Shown here: positions 38,804 through 48,788 of the stretch, piece by piece | Layout: each line of letters starts with the position of its first letter | How positions within the stretch are numbered: position 1 is the stretch's first letter | Sequence record: NC_054905.1 | DNA: 64,000 bases | Strand: one strand, 5' to 3' | Source: Enterobacteria phage Kha5h | Made by a program: the position numbers and the translations under genes | Notes under the pieces: model-generated | Seen by the model: the letters and a program-made list of their open reading frames with translations, nothing else | The model's database searches: none | What the model was told of the DNA's origin: nothing

Positions 38804-39729
38804 TTCAATACCTCAATAGCATTACGTAAACCATTTGCTTTTGCATTAAGAGCTTTTAACAATTTGGTGTGTTCTGTAATTTGGGCTTCAACTTCAATCA
38901 AACGGGCATTGAGATATTCACGTTCTTCACTCAGATTATCAACCTTTTCTACTTTAGGTTCTTTTACAACTGTCTTATATGTATTAGGGTTCTTCAGTTT
39001 AATTAGAATGCGTGAACTGTATAACATTGAACCATTATCTTCGGTTTCGTCATACATTTCCACTACGTCCATAATTTTTAACATCATGCGGAGTTTATAA
39101 GACAACGAACGAATAGTTTTGTTGTGCTTATTAATTTCTTTAGCTGTCATGGTGCCAAGATTACGTGAGTAATAATAAGGAACCTGGATATTAATTAATA
39201 CTGATGAACCACCTGGCTTGTGTGTTACTTCATCAGCAATAACCCAGTCCTTAACATGAACTGTATTTGTACGGTCATCGCCCGCGGTAAATAGTTTGCG
39301 AGCATGCTTAAAAAGCATATTCACTTGGTCATTGAATTGACAAGCAAATTTATCAGCAAATTTAGTTTCAGGAATGGTAGAAAACCAATCAGCCAAATGA
39401 GTCTTTTTAACATCATTAACAATAGTAAATTCAACCAAATCGGTTATAGATGTCTCAGATTTAATGAAGCTCGGCTTCATAAAGTTTTTAATGTTCTCAT
39501 GAGCTACAGTAGAAGATAACATACGAGAACGTTTAAACCATTCAAGCAAATTGCCTAACGAATGAGAATAAGCGTTTTGAGTATCTTTACAGATATGATT
39601 TTCCTGACCAACATATTGAAGGAAATCACGAAGAATATTATTGATTACTGCTCTGTGCCCGATCTGATAATTACGGTGTTTAGTAATAAGACTGTCAAAA
39701 TAATCAATATAATGTTTACGAGTTTTCAT
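38800..39729 (-). CDS. coiled-coil-tailed protein, paralog family member 1
   Basis: 309 aa; C-terminal heptad-repeat region. Confidence 0.55.
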   Translation of the reverse strand: MKTRKHYIDYFDSLITKHRNYQIGHRAVINNILRDFLQYVGQENHICKDTQNAYSHSLGNLLEWFKRSRMLSSTVAHENIKNFMKPSFIKSETSITDLVEFTIVNDVKKTHLADWFSTIPETKFADKFACQFNDQVNMLFKHARKLFTAGDDRTNTVHVKDWVIADEVTHKPGGSSVLINIQVPYYYSRNLGTMTAKEINKHNKTIRSLSYKLRMMLKIMDVVEMYDETEDNGSMLYSSRILIKLKNPNTYKTVVKEPKVEKVDNLSEEREYLNARLIEVEAQITEHTKLLKALNAKANGLRNAIEVLK

Positions 39730-39781
39730 ATTCTTCTCACTTGGTTAATGGTTTATACTCCGAGCCATCCTTGGCTTTAAA

Positions 39782-40783
39782 TTACTTAATTAACTGTAAA
39801 GCTTGTTCAAGACGATCAAGACGATTAACGGATTCTTCCCAAATCTTTTTAGCCTGCTCATATTCTTTCTGCGCTTTATTAGAAATTTCTAGAACTTCTT
39901 TATAAGCTTTTTCTAATGCAATAACTTCTGGACGAATTTCTACCGGTTCAGGTGAATCATCAAGACATTCCATTAGTTCCTCAAGGGTAGTTTCTTCTTT
40001 AGGAGTATTCACAATTTCATCACATTTTTGTTGGTAAATTTCTTTACTAGTAGGTGAATAAGCACATTTCACTTCACGAAGACTAATTACAATTTTATAT
40101 CCTTCCCATCCGCATATATTCTTAAAAGGATATGTATGAATATTTTCTACTGTTTCCATACAAAGTAATGCAGTCTCTAACTGACGAGTTATAGTGCTAG
40201 CAATTGAGAAAAATTTATTAATATTCTTTTGGTTAGCGTTTGGTGTAAAAAATCCATAATTCACAAAAATAGCTACTTTATTTTCATCAAGCTCATATTC
40301 TTTTACGATAATCATATCAGAAGCCAAAGGATGAATTTGACGATAATCGCCATAACATAATTTAGAAGCTGATTTTAGAATTTGTCCTTTGAAAAGTCTG
40401 AAATTACTAATCCAACGACGAGTAAAAATATTCTCAGGGTCTTCTTTATTATTAAGATGATAAGAATTAACATCACCGAACCAATTATATCCTACTACAT
40501 CTTTAGTTCGTTTAATTTCTTTCCCAAAATTACCAAGAATATCCCGATTAACCAAATATGAAAGAAGACGAGACTCTTTAAAGGTTTTCTTGATAACATC
40601 TTTATCTACACGGCTAGAAATTTTACGAATTTCATGAATAAATTTAGCAGAAGAAACAATACTTGCATCAACACTATTGAGCCATTGGTTGATAATAGAA
40701 AGAACGCTATTTTGGCCAAACATCGGTATAGCTTTATCATCAATAACGCTATTGAATGATTTGATATATTCGTTACGAGTCAT
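39782..40783 (-). CDS. coiled-coil-tailed protein, paralog family member 2 (333 aa from MTRNEY)
   Basis: SD GAGGAG 7 nt before ATG at 40783; early promoter 40812-40841 lies inside the longer track ORF. Confidence 0.55.
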   Translation of the reverse strand: MTRNEYIKSFNSVIDDKAIPMFGQNSVLSIINQWLNSVDASIVSSAKFIHEIRKISSRVDKDVIKKTFKESRLLSYLVNRDILGNFGKEIKRTKDVVGYNWFGDVNSYHLNNKEDPENIFTRRWISNFRLFKGQILKSASKLCYGDYRQIHPLASDMIIVKEYELDENKVAIFVNYGFFTPNANQKNINKFFSIASTITRQLETALLCMETVENIHTYPFKNICGWEGYKIVISLREVKCAYSPTSKEIYQQKCDEIVNTPKEETTLEELMECLDDSPEPVEIRPEVIALEKAYKEVLEISNKAQKEYEQAKKIWEESVNRLDRLEQALQLIK

Positions 40784-40811
40784 AATAATCTCCTCAGTAG
40801 AAAGTAAGAAC

Positions 40812-40841
40812 ATTATACCACATCCTTGTGGCAATGTAAAC
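40812..40841 (-). promoter_or_regulatory. early promoter (GTTTAC-N18-TATAAT)
   Basis: Upstream of coiled-coil paralog 2; -35 overlaps stop of paralog 3. Confidence 0.6.
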
Positions 40842-41845
40842 TAGTTCAGTGCATTTAGTGCATTGTTCAGTTTAGAACGTTGCTTCGTAAGATTTTTGAC
40901 TTTTTCTTGAGCTTTTTCCAGCATCTTTTCAGCTTCTAACACTTCATTAGTTGCTTTAACGAGTTCATCATCTACTGCCTTGATAGACTTCTCAATCGCA
41001 TCCGTGTGCCATTTTTCAACAGGTTTAAGACTCGGATTTTCAACAGGAAGAAAATTCACTTTATTGAATTTCCATGCATCATTATTACCTGAACTATACA
41101 TCCAAAATTTAGGATCGTTTGATGAGTAATTAGTTTGGGGTTCAGGTTTTTTCTCTTGTGTAACTTCGTCCTTTCTCAAAAAATCATATTTAAATGAAAC
41201 GATCATATCAAGTTCATATGTTGTCGTATCTAATTTAAATCGTTCGAAATGCTGCGAAATCTTAGACTGAACAGCAGCAACAACATCCATATACTTAAAT
41301 GCTTCTGTCAACTGTGATTTAAGGCATTCACAAATTGAAAGAGAATTTTTAGTATTAGGCTTAAAGCTAATTCGCGCAGTTCTATTATTTTCCTTTAATG
41401 GTCTTACTTCCATCTGAAGAGTATAACCATCAAATTTAAGATTCTTTAAGTTAATATCAGAGCCTTTTAATCGACTAGCAGTAGACAAAATTTGCTTTAA
41501 TTGTCTACGGAACAGAGCAATAAATCTCCATTCAATACGATAATGATTTGGATTGAAAAATCCAGATGATAAATCGACCTTACTTTGACCAACGCCTTGA
41601 ACAAATAGAGGATTTTTATAATCAATAGTTTTACAGAAATCGGTGAGCTGCTCACGAGCAGTCATTTGTGTAATATATCCAGCTTTATCAAAATGACGTA
41701 ACCATTCACTGCTATTCATATACTTAAAGTGAATATCACGATTAACTTTATCAGGGTCTAAATTATTTTGGCACAAAAATGTCATAACATCACGAGTATA
41801 GCTGGCATTACGAACCATATCTTCAATTTGAGAACGAGTTTTCAT
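40841..41845 (-). CDS. coiled-coil-tailed protein, paralog family member 3
   Basis: 334 aa; C-terminal coiled coil. Confidence 0.55.
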   Translation of the reverse strand: MKTRSQIEDMVRNASYTRDVMTFLCQNNLDPDKVNRDIHFKYMNSSEWLRHFDKAGYITQMTAREQLTDFCKTIDYKNPLFVQGVGQSKVDLSSGFFNPNHYRIEWRFIALFRRQLKQILSTASRLKGSDINLKNLKFDGYTLQMEVRPLKENNRTARISFKPNTKNSLSICECLKSQLTEAFKYMDVVAAVQSKISQHFERFKLDTTTYELDMIVSFKYDFLRKDEVTQEKKPEPQTNYSSNDPKFWMYSSGNNDAWKFNKVNFLPVENPSLKPVEKWHTDAIEKSIKAVDDELVKATNEVLEAEKMLEKAQEKVKNLTKQRSKLNNALNALN

Positions 41846-41853
41846 AGTGTTCC

Positions 41854-42765
41854 TTAAGATTTAAGTAAATCAACAATTTTAATTAATTTTTCACGCTCGG
41901 ATTTAGCTTTACTACTCAGTCCAGATAGTCTGAAAATTTCATCATCATATTGCTGAATAGAAATATTCAGCTCTTCAATCTGCTTATTAAAATAATCAAT
42001 TTGTTCAGAATGTTTTTCGTTACTACGAACTGGTACAGGTTTTGTAGGTAATTTAGATGAACTGGATTCATCCGGGCGATAAATTAAAATACAACTTGAA
42101 CCAATCGGGCATTTAGCACCAGACGAATATTCTAATGTTCCAGCTTCTTTTAAAACTTCAAAAGCTAAACAGAGATGATGCCCCATATTAACATAATCTG
42201 TAGAGCGAGCTCTGATGTAATAATCATCTCCGCGAATACTAAATTTAAAGCATTTAAGGTCTTCTGTATTATTGGTCTTAAAAATCATTTGTTTATCTAG
42301 ACCTTTAGCTAATCGAGCGCCTAATGCTAATAATCGTCGTTGATTTTCCCACAAATCCGCAATCATTTGGTCAAATGATAATTTCGGCATTAGTCGACCA
42401 TAAAGGTCGTATCCTTTATTATAATTACGAAGGATTTCACTCGCATTAATACGAGACAACGCTCCAATTTTATTAAGGGCTTTCATAATACGATTAGATA
42501 AACTCATTCCAGACCCGTTTGTTCGCTGTAAATGTTTTTCTAATCCAAATCCAATATCAACTTTAAATTTATCTAAAATTTCAGCATGAACATCTTTATC
42601 AATAACATTCAAATCCAAAGTTGGGTTAAATCTATGAAAAAATTTATCTGGCTCTCCACGACGAAGTACAGTCCATTCATTCATCATTTTCTTATTAACT
42701 AAAGATTTAATTACTGCATTGACATTATTAATTACTACTGACATATTTTCCTCACTCAATTTCAA
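41854..42765 (-). CDS. coiled-coil-tailed protein, paralog family member 4
   Basis: 303 aa; C-terminal coiled coil. Confidence 0.55.
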   Translation of the reverse strand: MKLSEENMSVVINNVNAVIKSLVNKKMMNEWTVLRRGEPDKFFHRFNPTLDLNVIDKDVHAEILDKFKVDIGFGLEKHLQRTNGSGMSLSNRIMKALNKIGALSRINASEILRNYNKGYDLYGRLMPKLSFDQMIADLWENQRRLLALGARLAKGLDKQMIFKTNNTEDLKCFKFSIRGDDYYIRARSTDYVNMGHHLCLAFEVLKEAGTLEYSSGAKCPIGSSCILIYRPDESSSSKLPTKPVPVRSNEKHSEQIDYFNKQIEELNISIQQYDDEIFRLSGLSSKAKSEREKLIKIVDLLKS

Positions 42766-43159
42766 TTTTACTAAATATACAGAATAAGATGGAACAGACT
42801 ATATAAGCACCACACACAGATTGAACTAATACCATTCCAAAGAACCAAATAATATTATCAAACAATGTCTGTTTTACGTCGAAAGGACGTAAACTTACAG
42901 TAATATTATCACCTTTTTCTATTGAAGAATACATCTCTGGGGAAATATATTCACTAAATCTATAACCGTCTTTGAGTTCATATACAGCAATAAATGATAA
43001 ACTAGACCCCTTTCCTTGAGTTCCTGTAAGAGTATTAACTACAGTAACATCATAATCTTTATAATGCATATAATCATTAATTGCGTAATAACCATATGCA
43101 ATTACTATACATAAACAACATATCAATAAATTCAATCTTTTAATTATCAACTGTTTCAT
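42752..43159 (-). CDS. membrane protein (two TM helices)
   Basis: Track ORF 135 aa. Confidence 0.5.
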   Translation of the reverse strand: MKQLIIKRLNLLICCLCIVIAYGYYAINDYMHYKDYDVTVVNTLTGTQGKGSSLSFIAVYELKDGYRFSEYISPEMYSSIEKGDNITVSLRPFDVKQTLFDNIIWFFGMVLVQSVCGAYIVCSILFCIFSKIEIE

Positions 43160-43214
43160 AATAATCTCAATTAAAAGGGCTTAGAACCATTATACCATCC
43201 TTGGTATAAAGCGG

Positions 43215-43742
43215 TTATGCGAGTACCGTCTTTAACCGTTCTTCAAACTTCCGAAGAGTATTTTGGCGTTCAGCTCTTTGCTTTTTGTAAGTTTCAATAC
43301 GCTCTGAAATGAGAGTGTATCGTTCATTTACTGATTCTTTCATAAAATCAGGAATTTCACGAGAAGCTTTAATCTCGTCAAATTTATCAATAACAGCTTG
43401 CTCTTCAGCAATTAAGTTATCATACATCAAAATATCTTTCTTGATGAACTCAATATCTTCTTGAGTTACACGAGATAATTTAGATGCTTTATCCTTTTTG
43501 TACTGTTCGTTAGTATCACGAGACCAGTGTAATGTACGATTTTTATTCGTATTCTTGTAAATTTCTACAATACCGATCTCGTCAATAATAACGATCCAAT
43601 TCCAACGGGATTTGTAAATTTGTCCTCCATCAACAGTGATTTCACCTCCAATTGAGATGTCATTAAAGAACTTGCTTTGTGCTTCTGATTTAAATTTACC
43701 ATCGTTGTAATTTACCAGGTTGAAAATATCTTTAGCGTTCAT
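43215..43742 (-). CDS. hypothetical protein with C-terminal coiled coil (175 aa from MNAKDIF)
   Basis: SD GGAGG before ATG at 43742; the track ORF's N-terminus translates the conserved promoter leader. Confidence 0.5.
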   Translation of the reverse strand: MNAKDIFNLVNYNDGKFKSEAQSKFFNDISIGGEITVDGGQIYKSRWNWIVIIDEIGIVEIYKNTNKNRTLHWSRDTNEQYKKDKASKLSRVTQEDIEFIKKDILMYDNLIAEEQAVIDKFDEIKASREIPDFMKESVNERYTLISERIETYKKQRAERQNTLRKFEERLKTVLA

Positions 43743-43770
43743 TTTGTGTTCCTCCGTAGTTGATAGTTGT

Positions 43771-43800
43771 ATAGTACCACAGAGGAACGGTCTTGTAAAC
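43771..43800 (-). promoter_or_regulatory. early promoter with conserved 22-bp element
   Basis: GTTTAC-N18-TACTAT; element at 43758-43779. Confidence 0.6.
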
Positions 43801-43802
43801 AA

Positions 43803-44117
43803 CTAAAAGAAACTTCTTTCACAATTTTTTCCACTGAACCACGCACTCACTGCTTTCTTAGTCTCAGGAGCAGTGTTATCCATAAACCATTCAAAGGCAG
43901 CCTTTTTATGATTCTGGAGGGCTTCTCGGGCTTTAATCTGCTCACGGTCTATTAACACTAACATATGAGCCTTTCTTGTCACCATGGGCTTCTTATGATT
44001 TTTTGAATACTCCCAATCATTTGTCCATCGCATCGTTGTTGCGAACTGAAATACTGCTTCTTTAATTTTAGTTTCGTAAATTTCACGAGCCTTTGAGTAT
44101 AACATCACTACCTCCAT
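43803..44117 (-). CDS. hypothetical protein
   Basis: Track ORF 104 aa. Confidence 0.45.
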   Translation of the reverse strand: MEVVMLYSKAREIYETKIKEAVFQFATTMRWTNDWEYSKNHKKPMVTRKAHMLVLIDREQIKAREALQNHKKAAFEWFMDNTAPETKKAVSAWFSGKNCERSFF

Positions 44118-44206
44118 TCACCAGTTTAATTCTAGTCATCTTTTTGATGGCAGTCCATATAATCTATTTCTGAACTGCCTTTTTGTCATAGAAGTCCTCT
44201 TATGAA

Positions 44207-45187
44207 TTATTTCAGAAGAGTAACCTCAGCAATTTCTTCCCAACCGTTTTTGTCGGTCATAATAAAGTCAGCAAGATAAAGTGCAGTACGCAGTGAAACA
44301 TTGCGTAAACGATTAACATTGACTTTCATCCATGATAATGCTTTATAAGTTTCTTCATCAGAAAGACCGCGCTTTTGCATCATGTCAGTTGAAAGAATAA
44401 CATCTTCAACCCTGACCATAATTTCTTCATTAGTGTGAACACCCAAATCTAAATAAACTGAGCGGGAAACTAATGCTTGTAAATGTGGAGCAAGTTTAGT
44501 ACCACGGTCTAATTCGCGGTCAATGTCAACGTTTGTGATAAAAACAATCGTTCCTTTAAATTCAAACTCACGCTCAATGCCTTTTTCTTCTAAGTAAGAA
44601 GATGCAGTGCTCCAGCAGACTTTACGGGTCTCTCCAGTGTCCAGAGCAGCTTTCAAAAGATTAAGAATGTCCATATCAGAGAAAACATCCACATCATCAA
44701 TCAAAAGGACAGAATTCTCTTCACGATTATTCCAGAGCTGTTCATAAAGACCGATACCAGAGATTTTACCGTTAATGCTTTTATATTCAATGTATCCAAT
44801 ATCATTTGCTTTATTTAAAGCTTTATCTAAAGAATACGTTTTACCAATGCCTGCCGCACCAGAGATAATTAATGAACGAATGTTTCCGTTAATAATACCA
44901 TTCGTCATCATTCCCATAACATTAAATCTTTTATTAATGCGGGTTTTCATATCTTCATATGATTCTTTAACTTCTTCAACTTTTACACCATCATATGAAA
45001 TGTCTGATTTGTAAACCCAAACACCGCGACGCTTACCGTCAATTTCAACAAAAACTTTACCATCTCCTTGTGCATCCACCGGAGCATTATCTGGGAACCA
45101 TTCACCTAAGAGCTCAAAAGTTCCAGAGATTTCTTTACCGAAGTAGATACCCTTATTGATAGTTACAGTTTTCATTTTATTCTCCAA
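44207..45187 (-). CDS. AAA+/P-loop ATPase
   Basis: 326 aa; Walker A GAAGIGKT, Walker B LLIDDVD, sensor-like FITN. Confidence 0.6.
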   Translation of the reverse strand: MENKMKTVTINKGIYFGKEISGTFELLGEWFPDNAPVDAQGDGKVFVEIDGKRRGVWVYKSDISYDGVKVEEVKESYEDMKTRINKRFNVMGMMTNGIINGNIRSLIISGAAGIGKTYSLDKALNKANDIGYIEYKSINGKISGIGLYEQLWNNREENSVLLIDDVDVFSDMDILNLLKAALDTGETRKVCWSTASSYLEEKGIEREFEFKGTIVFITNVDIDRELDRGTKLAPHLQALVSRSVYLDLGVHTNEEIMVRVEDVILSTDMMQKRGLSDEETYKALSWMKVNVNRLRNVSLRTALYLADFIMTDKNGWEEIAEVTLLK

Positions 45188-45209
45188 ATCCGTATCAGTT
45201 GATAGTTGT

Positions 45210-45239
45210 ATAGTACCATAAAGCTTTATGCCTGTAAAC
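45210..45239 (-). promoter_or_regulatory. early promoter with conserved 22-bp element (AAA+ ATPase gene)
   Basis: GTTTAC-N18-TACTAT; element at 45198-45219. Confidence 0.6.
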
Positions 45240-45272
45240 CGTTTTGTGAAAAATTTTTGAAATAAAAAAAAA

Positions 45273-45290
45273 GGGAGCCCGAAGGCTCCC
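45273..45290 (-). terminator. tetraloop hairpin after the nucleotidyltransferase gene
   Basis: GGGAGCC-CGAA-GGCTCCC, preceded by A-tract. Confidence 0.6.
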
Positions 45291-45292
45291 TA

Positions 45293-46306
45293 TCATTTAT
45301 AATAACTTCGGTGGTTTTCAAGATAGACCTTCTCAAGGAAGTCATCCCAGAAACTCATGTCTACTGTTTTAGGCATACCGTTCTTAGAAGCTTCAGTAGA
45401 TGCTGCTTCTACTTGATCGACCACATCTTCCAAAAACTCTTGAACTGTTTTAAATGGATGTTTACCCAACTTCACGTCGAGAATAAATGGAGCATCTTGA
45501 AGTGGATAGACTAAGTCACCAGTTTTGTAAATTTCCAATAGTTGGAGTCCACCACGACAAGCATGACTCAAAGCTTTCCAGTCAATACCTTCATTGGCTT
45601 CGGCCTTACGAGCACGTTCACCATATTCAGCATCTAATTTGTTCAGTGACTGCTTAAGCTCAATAAGAGAAAGCGTTGTCTGATATTTACGACCCAACAC
45701 AGTGTAGAACGTTTGTGGGCCTGTTTTCTCATGATTATGGAACACCCATTCACAGAATTCGTTTTCTGGAAGACGATGCTTAATATCTTCAACTTTAGTG
45801 CGACGCTGCTTAATAGAACCATCTTCTTGGTAATCAATCCACTGCTCAGGGATTTGATTAACTACTTTCAATACATCACGTAATGCAGCCAAACGAGAAC
45901 CTTTGACACCGTATTTAGAAGCTTGCTTGCGGACATATCCTAAATATGATTTCATGTTAGTCGTATAAAAACGAGAACGGTTGTCTTGAATAAACTTCCA
46001 CACATCAGGCAAATCAGATTTAACCACTAGTTCAGGTGGAGTGTGAAGCATATCTAATGCTACGGTTTCACCATCTGCTGCTAATTTAAAGAAATATTTA
46101 AGACTGTATAGTTCATGGTCAATATCATCTTTAGTGTTTTTAGATGATGTGTTGTTAGTGTTTTTACTCATATGCTCTTTAACATTTCCGATAAGAATAT
46201 CGCGAGCAGGAGGAACAAAGATTTCTTTAAAATCTACATCAGATTCTGGAGTAGAAGTTCCATAAAGATGACTACCAAAATAGCTTTTCATTACTGTTTT
46301 CATCAT
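45293..46306 (-). CDS. nucleotidyltransferase-fold protein (Pol-beta superfamily)
   Basis: 337 aa; FGSHLYG-x8-SDVDF matches GS...DxD motif; hairpin terminator downstream. Confidence 0.6.
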   Translation of the reverse strand: MMKTVMKSYFGSHLYGTSTPESDVDFKEIFVPPARDILIGNVKEHMSKNTNNTSSKNTKDDIDHELYSLKYFFKLAADGETVALDMLHTPPELVVKSDLPDVWKFIQDNRSRFYTTNMKSYLGYVRKQASKYGVKGSRLAALRDVLKVVNQIPEQWIDYQEDGSIKQRRTKVEDIKHRLPENEFCEWVFHNHEKTGPQTFYTVLGRKYQTTLSLIELKQSLNKLDAEYGERARKAEANEGIDWKALSHACRGGLQLLEIYKTGDLVYPLQDAPFILDVKLGKHPFKTVQEFLEDVVDQVEAASTEASKNGMPKTVDMSFWDDFLEKVYLENHRSYYK

Positions 46307-46764
46307 TCAGCCTTATATTCAATAACAGGACATACTTTAGCTTTACGCGCTTTTAAAAATTCGACGATAACCGATTTCTTGGGTTGAATAGGAGGTAAAC
46401 CTTTATACGCCCTATCAATATTTTCTACGTGTAAAGCATAATCCTTTTTCCATTTATAATCTTTATATTTTTCACGCAAATGTGCAGGAATAACAAATGA
46501 ACCGATAATAAGTAAAACAACCAAAAGCGCAAGTATAAATGCCGATGGAAGAAGAGTCCATAAACTACCGAAAATAAGCCAACGTTGTAGGCTTTCTGCA
46601 CAAATAATTGTTAGCCCTACGAGTATAGCACATCCAAAAATAGAAACGAAAAATGTAGGAATGGCAATAGACCAAAAATATGCGCATAGTGTCTTAGGTC
46701 GTTGCCATTCATCGTTAAACAATTTGAATAATTTATAATGCCAAGAGTTTTCATTAATAATCAT
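46303..46764 (-). CDS. membrane protein
   Basis: 153 aa, two TM helices. Confidence 0.5.
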   Translation of the reverse strand: MIINENSWHYKLFKLFNDEWQRPKTLCAYFWSIAIPTFFVSIFGCAILVGLTIICAESLQRWLIFGSLWTLLPSAFILALLVVLLIIGSFVIPAHLREKYKDYKWKKDYALHVENIDRAYKGLPPIQPKKSVIVEFLKARKAKVCPVIEYKAE

Positions 46765-46766
46765 AA

Positions 46767-47288
46767 TTATCCTTTCATTGAAGGTGTAACAGTTGTTAAA
46801 TACTTAATCATAGCCTCAGCTTCTGATTTTGATAGTGAAATTTCTTCACCGTTTTGGCGAATAGAAACAAAATCTGGATGACGATCACCACCAGCTTTTA
46901 AAACACACATATAAGTATCAGCTTCGCCTTCAATATTTGAAATGATTGAAGCAGTTCCACACGAATGTGGTTTTTGATAAATCAATACAGCTTTTCTTCC
47001 ACCATTTGACTGTTCATAGGCTTTTAATACATCAAACAAATCAGTTCTTTTATCAATAGCTAAAATGTTATTTTCATCTTCAATGTTAAATCCTTCGGAT
47101 ACTTCATAAAGCGTTACCCATAAATCGCCAATATCAATAACAGCATTTACTTTTCCACGGCTTTCAAGAGTATGACAAATTTTCTTGATTTCGTCATAAC
47201 TCATTTTAATAATATCATCTCCTTGACTAAGAAAGATGTCATTTTTAAATTCAACACGAATTAAACCACTTCCACTTGAAATAAACAT
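46767..47288 (-). CDS. hypothetical protein, paralog of 47295..47849
   Basis: 173 aa; shared C-terminal motif. Confidence 0.5.
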   Translation of the reverse strand: MFISSGSGLIRVEFKNDIFLSQGDDIIKMSYDEIKKICHTLESRGKVNAVIDIGDLWVTLYEVSEGFNIEDENNILAIDKRTDLFDVLKAYEQSNGGRKAVLIYQKPHSCGTASIISNIEGEADTYMCVLKAGGDRHPDFVSIRQNGEEISLSKSEAEAMIKYLTTVTPSMKG

Positions 47289-47294
47289 ATTTCC

Positions 47295-47849
47295 TCACTT
47301 TGAAATCATAGTTGGAATGACAGAATCAAGATAAGTCTTTAGTGCAATAGCTTCGTCTTTGGTAAATGTGACAATATGTGCTCGAGAATCATCATTTTGG
47401 CGAACAAGTACGACATCGCCATCTTCATAAGAAGTCTTGACATCCAAAGTCGTAGTATAGTTTGCAGCTACTGGATTAATAATGTTAGCACCGCGATCTT
47501 TAGCCCATTGAAGTTTAGCCTTTTCGGGTGTTTCGGCTGTTTCAGATTCTAAGAATTCTTTCACCTTGGCAACGAATGTTGCCCAATTGTTGATAGAAAG
47601 ACACATAAATTCAGTTTCAATATTACCGCCGTAAAGGCCACGATAAAAACGAACTTGGAGGTCACCTGTAATATTAGTTACACCGGTAACTCCTGAGGGA
47701 GCATAAGATAAAATCGCAGCCAGTTCCATAGGAAGAATAGTAATACTATCGTCTTCCTGCGTCAGAACGTATACATTACCGCGTTTTTCGATAACTAGGT
47801 CACCGAACAAATCAGTTGTTTCAATTACAGCTTTCATATTATTTACCAA
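47295..47849 (-). CDS. hypothetical protein
   Basis: Track ORF 184 aa. Confidence 0.5.
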   Translation of the reverse strand: MVNNMKAVIETTDLFGDLVIEKRGNVYVLTQEDDSITILPMELAAILSYAPSGVTGVTNITGDLQVRFYRGLYGGNIETEFMCLSINNWATFVAKVKEFLESETAETPEKAKLQWAKDRGANIINPVAANYTTTLDVKTSYEDGDVVLVRQNDDSRAHIVTFTKDEAIALKTYLDSVIPTMISK

Positions 47850-48024
47850 TTAAAGTTTCAATATAAGAATCAAGATTTACTTTAGCTTCTTCCATAAGAG
47901 TTTTGTATTTAATCTTGTTAGCATGTCCGGAGAAAGCTGATTCATCAATAATTGTTGATGTATGAACAGCTTTACTATACGTCTCAATTAATTCTCTTAA
48001 TTTAAAAGCCTGCTCACTTGTCAT
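47839..48024 (-). CDS. hypothetical small protein
   Basis: Track ORF 61 aa; early promoter 48157-48186. Confidence 0.4.
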   Translation of the reverse strand: MTSEQAFKLRELIETYSKAVHTSTIIDESAFSGHANKIKYKTLMEEAKVNLDSYIETLIGK

Positions 48025-48156
48025 TACATACTCCTCTGAATCATATCAATAATGTTGTTTACCAAATTATAAGTAAACATTGGGTAATTATATTGAATCA
48101 TCACATACACAACAAACAAAACTTTCATTCTCTTCTCCTTGGCAGTTGACAAGATT

Positions 48157-48186
48157 ACTATACCATAACCTTGCCAACTTGTAAAC
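48157..48186 (-). promoter_or_regulatory. early promoter (GTTTAC-N18-TATAGT)
   Basis: Upstream of 47839..48024. Confidence 0.55.
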
Positions 48187-48351
48187 CATTAAATGACGTT
48201 TTCGATAAAATTCTGAAGCTTTGTATGAGCATCAACCATGATTTTCAATTCTTCTTTAGCGAAAGCCGTACCTCTTTCCCGAGCAGAATACTCATAGTCA
48301 GAAACTGCATTAGCATATTCTTCAATTAGTTTCATTAAAAACATCTGCTTT

Positions 48352-48546
48352 TCAGTTTTCATTATTCCACCTAATCATTTCAAGATATTGAACTAATTTA
48401 GCTTTAGATTTGTCCAAATCCTTTTTAGCTGCTTCTATACCGTCGTATGAATATCCTTCACAATGCTCAACTGCTAATTGGTATGAATCTATTTCAATAT
48501 CATGCGCTAATTTAATGATTTTTTCAAACTGTTCGCGTGTTAGCAT
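48352..48546 (-). CDS. hypothetical small protein
   Basis: Track ORF 64 aa. Confidence 0.4.
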   Translation of the reverse strand: MLTREQFEKIIKLAHDIEIDSYQLAVEHCEGYSYDGIEAAKKDLDKSKAKLVQYLEMIRWNNEN

Positions 48547-48548
48547 AA

Positions 48549-48788
48549 TTAAACTCTCGTATTATGATCGATAATTTCATCAAGAAACATATCTAACGCT
48601 TCTAAAGCATTATCAACTTTAGCTTCAAGTTCATCAATGCCTTTATTTGCAATGCCTGATGAAAACCAAGCAAAGTCACTAAGTTCCTCATCTGCTTTAC
48701 GAATTAAAGCTACCAATTCCTTAATTTTATCCGCTTGTTCGATACTAATCATTATTCCACCACATATGAAAGAGAGAATATTGCACAT
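48549..48788 (-). CDS. hypothetical small protein
   Basis: Track ORF 79 aa. Confidence 0.4.
   Translation of the reverse strand: MCNILSFICGGIMISIEQADKIKELVALIRKADEELSDFAWFSSGIANKGIDELEAKVDNALEALDMFLDEIIDHNTRV

Noticed and set aside
39782-40834. Long N-terminal extensions of track ORFs at 39782..40834, 43215..43802 and 60273..60599
   Set aside because: The extra codons translate the conserved promoter/leader element; true starts are the downstream ATGs with SD.
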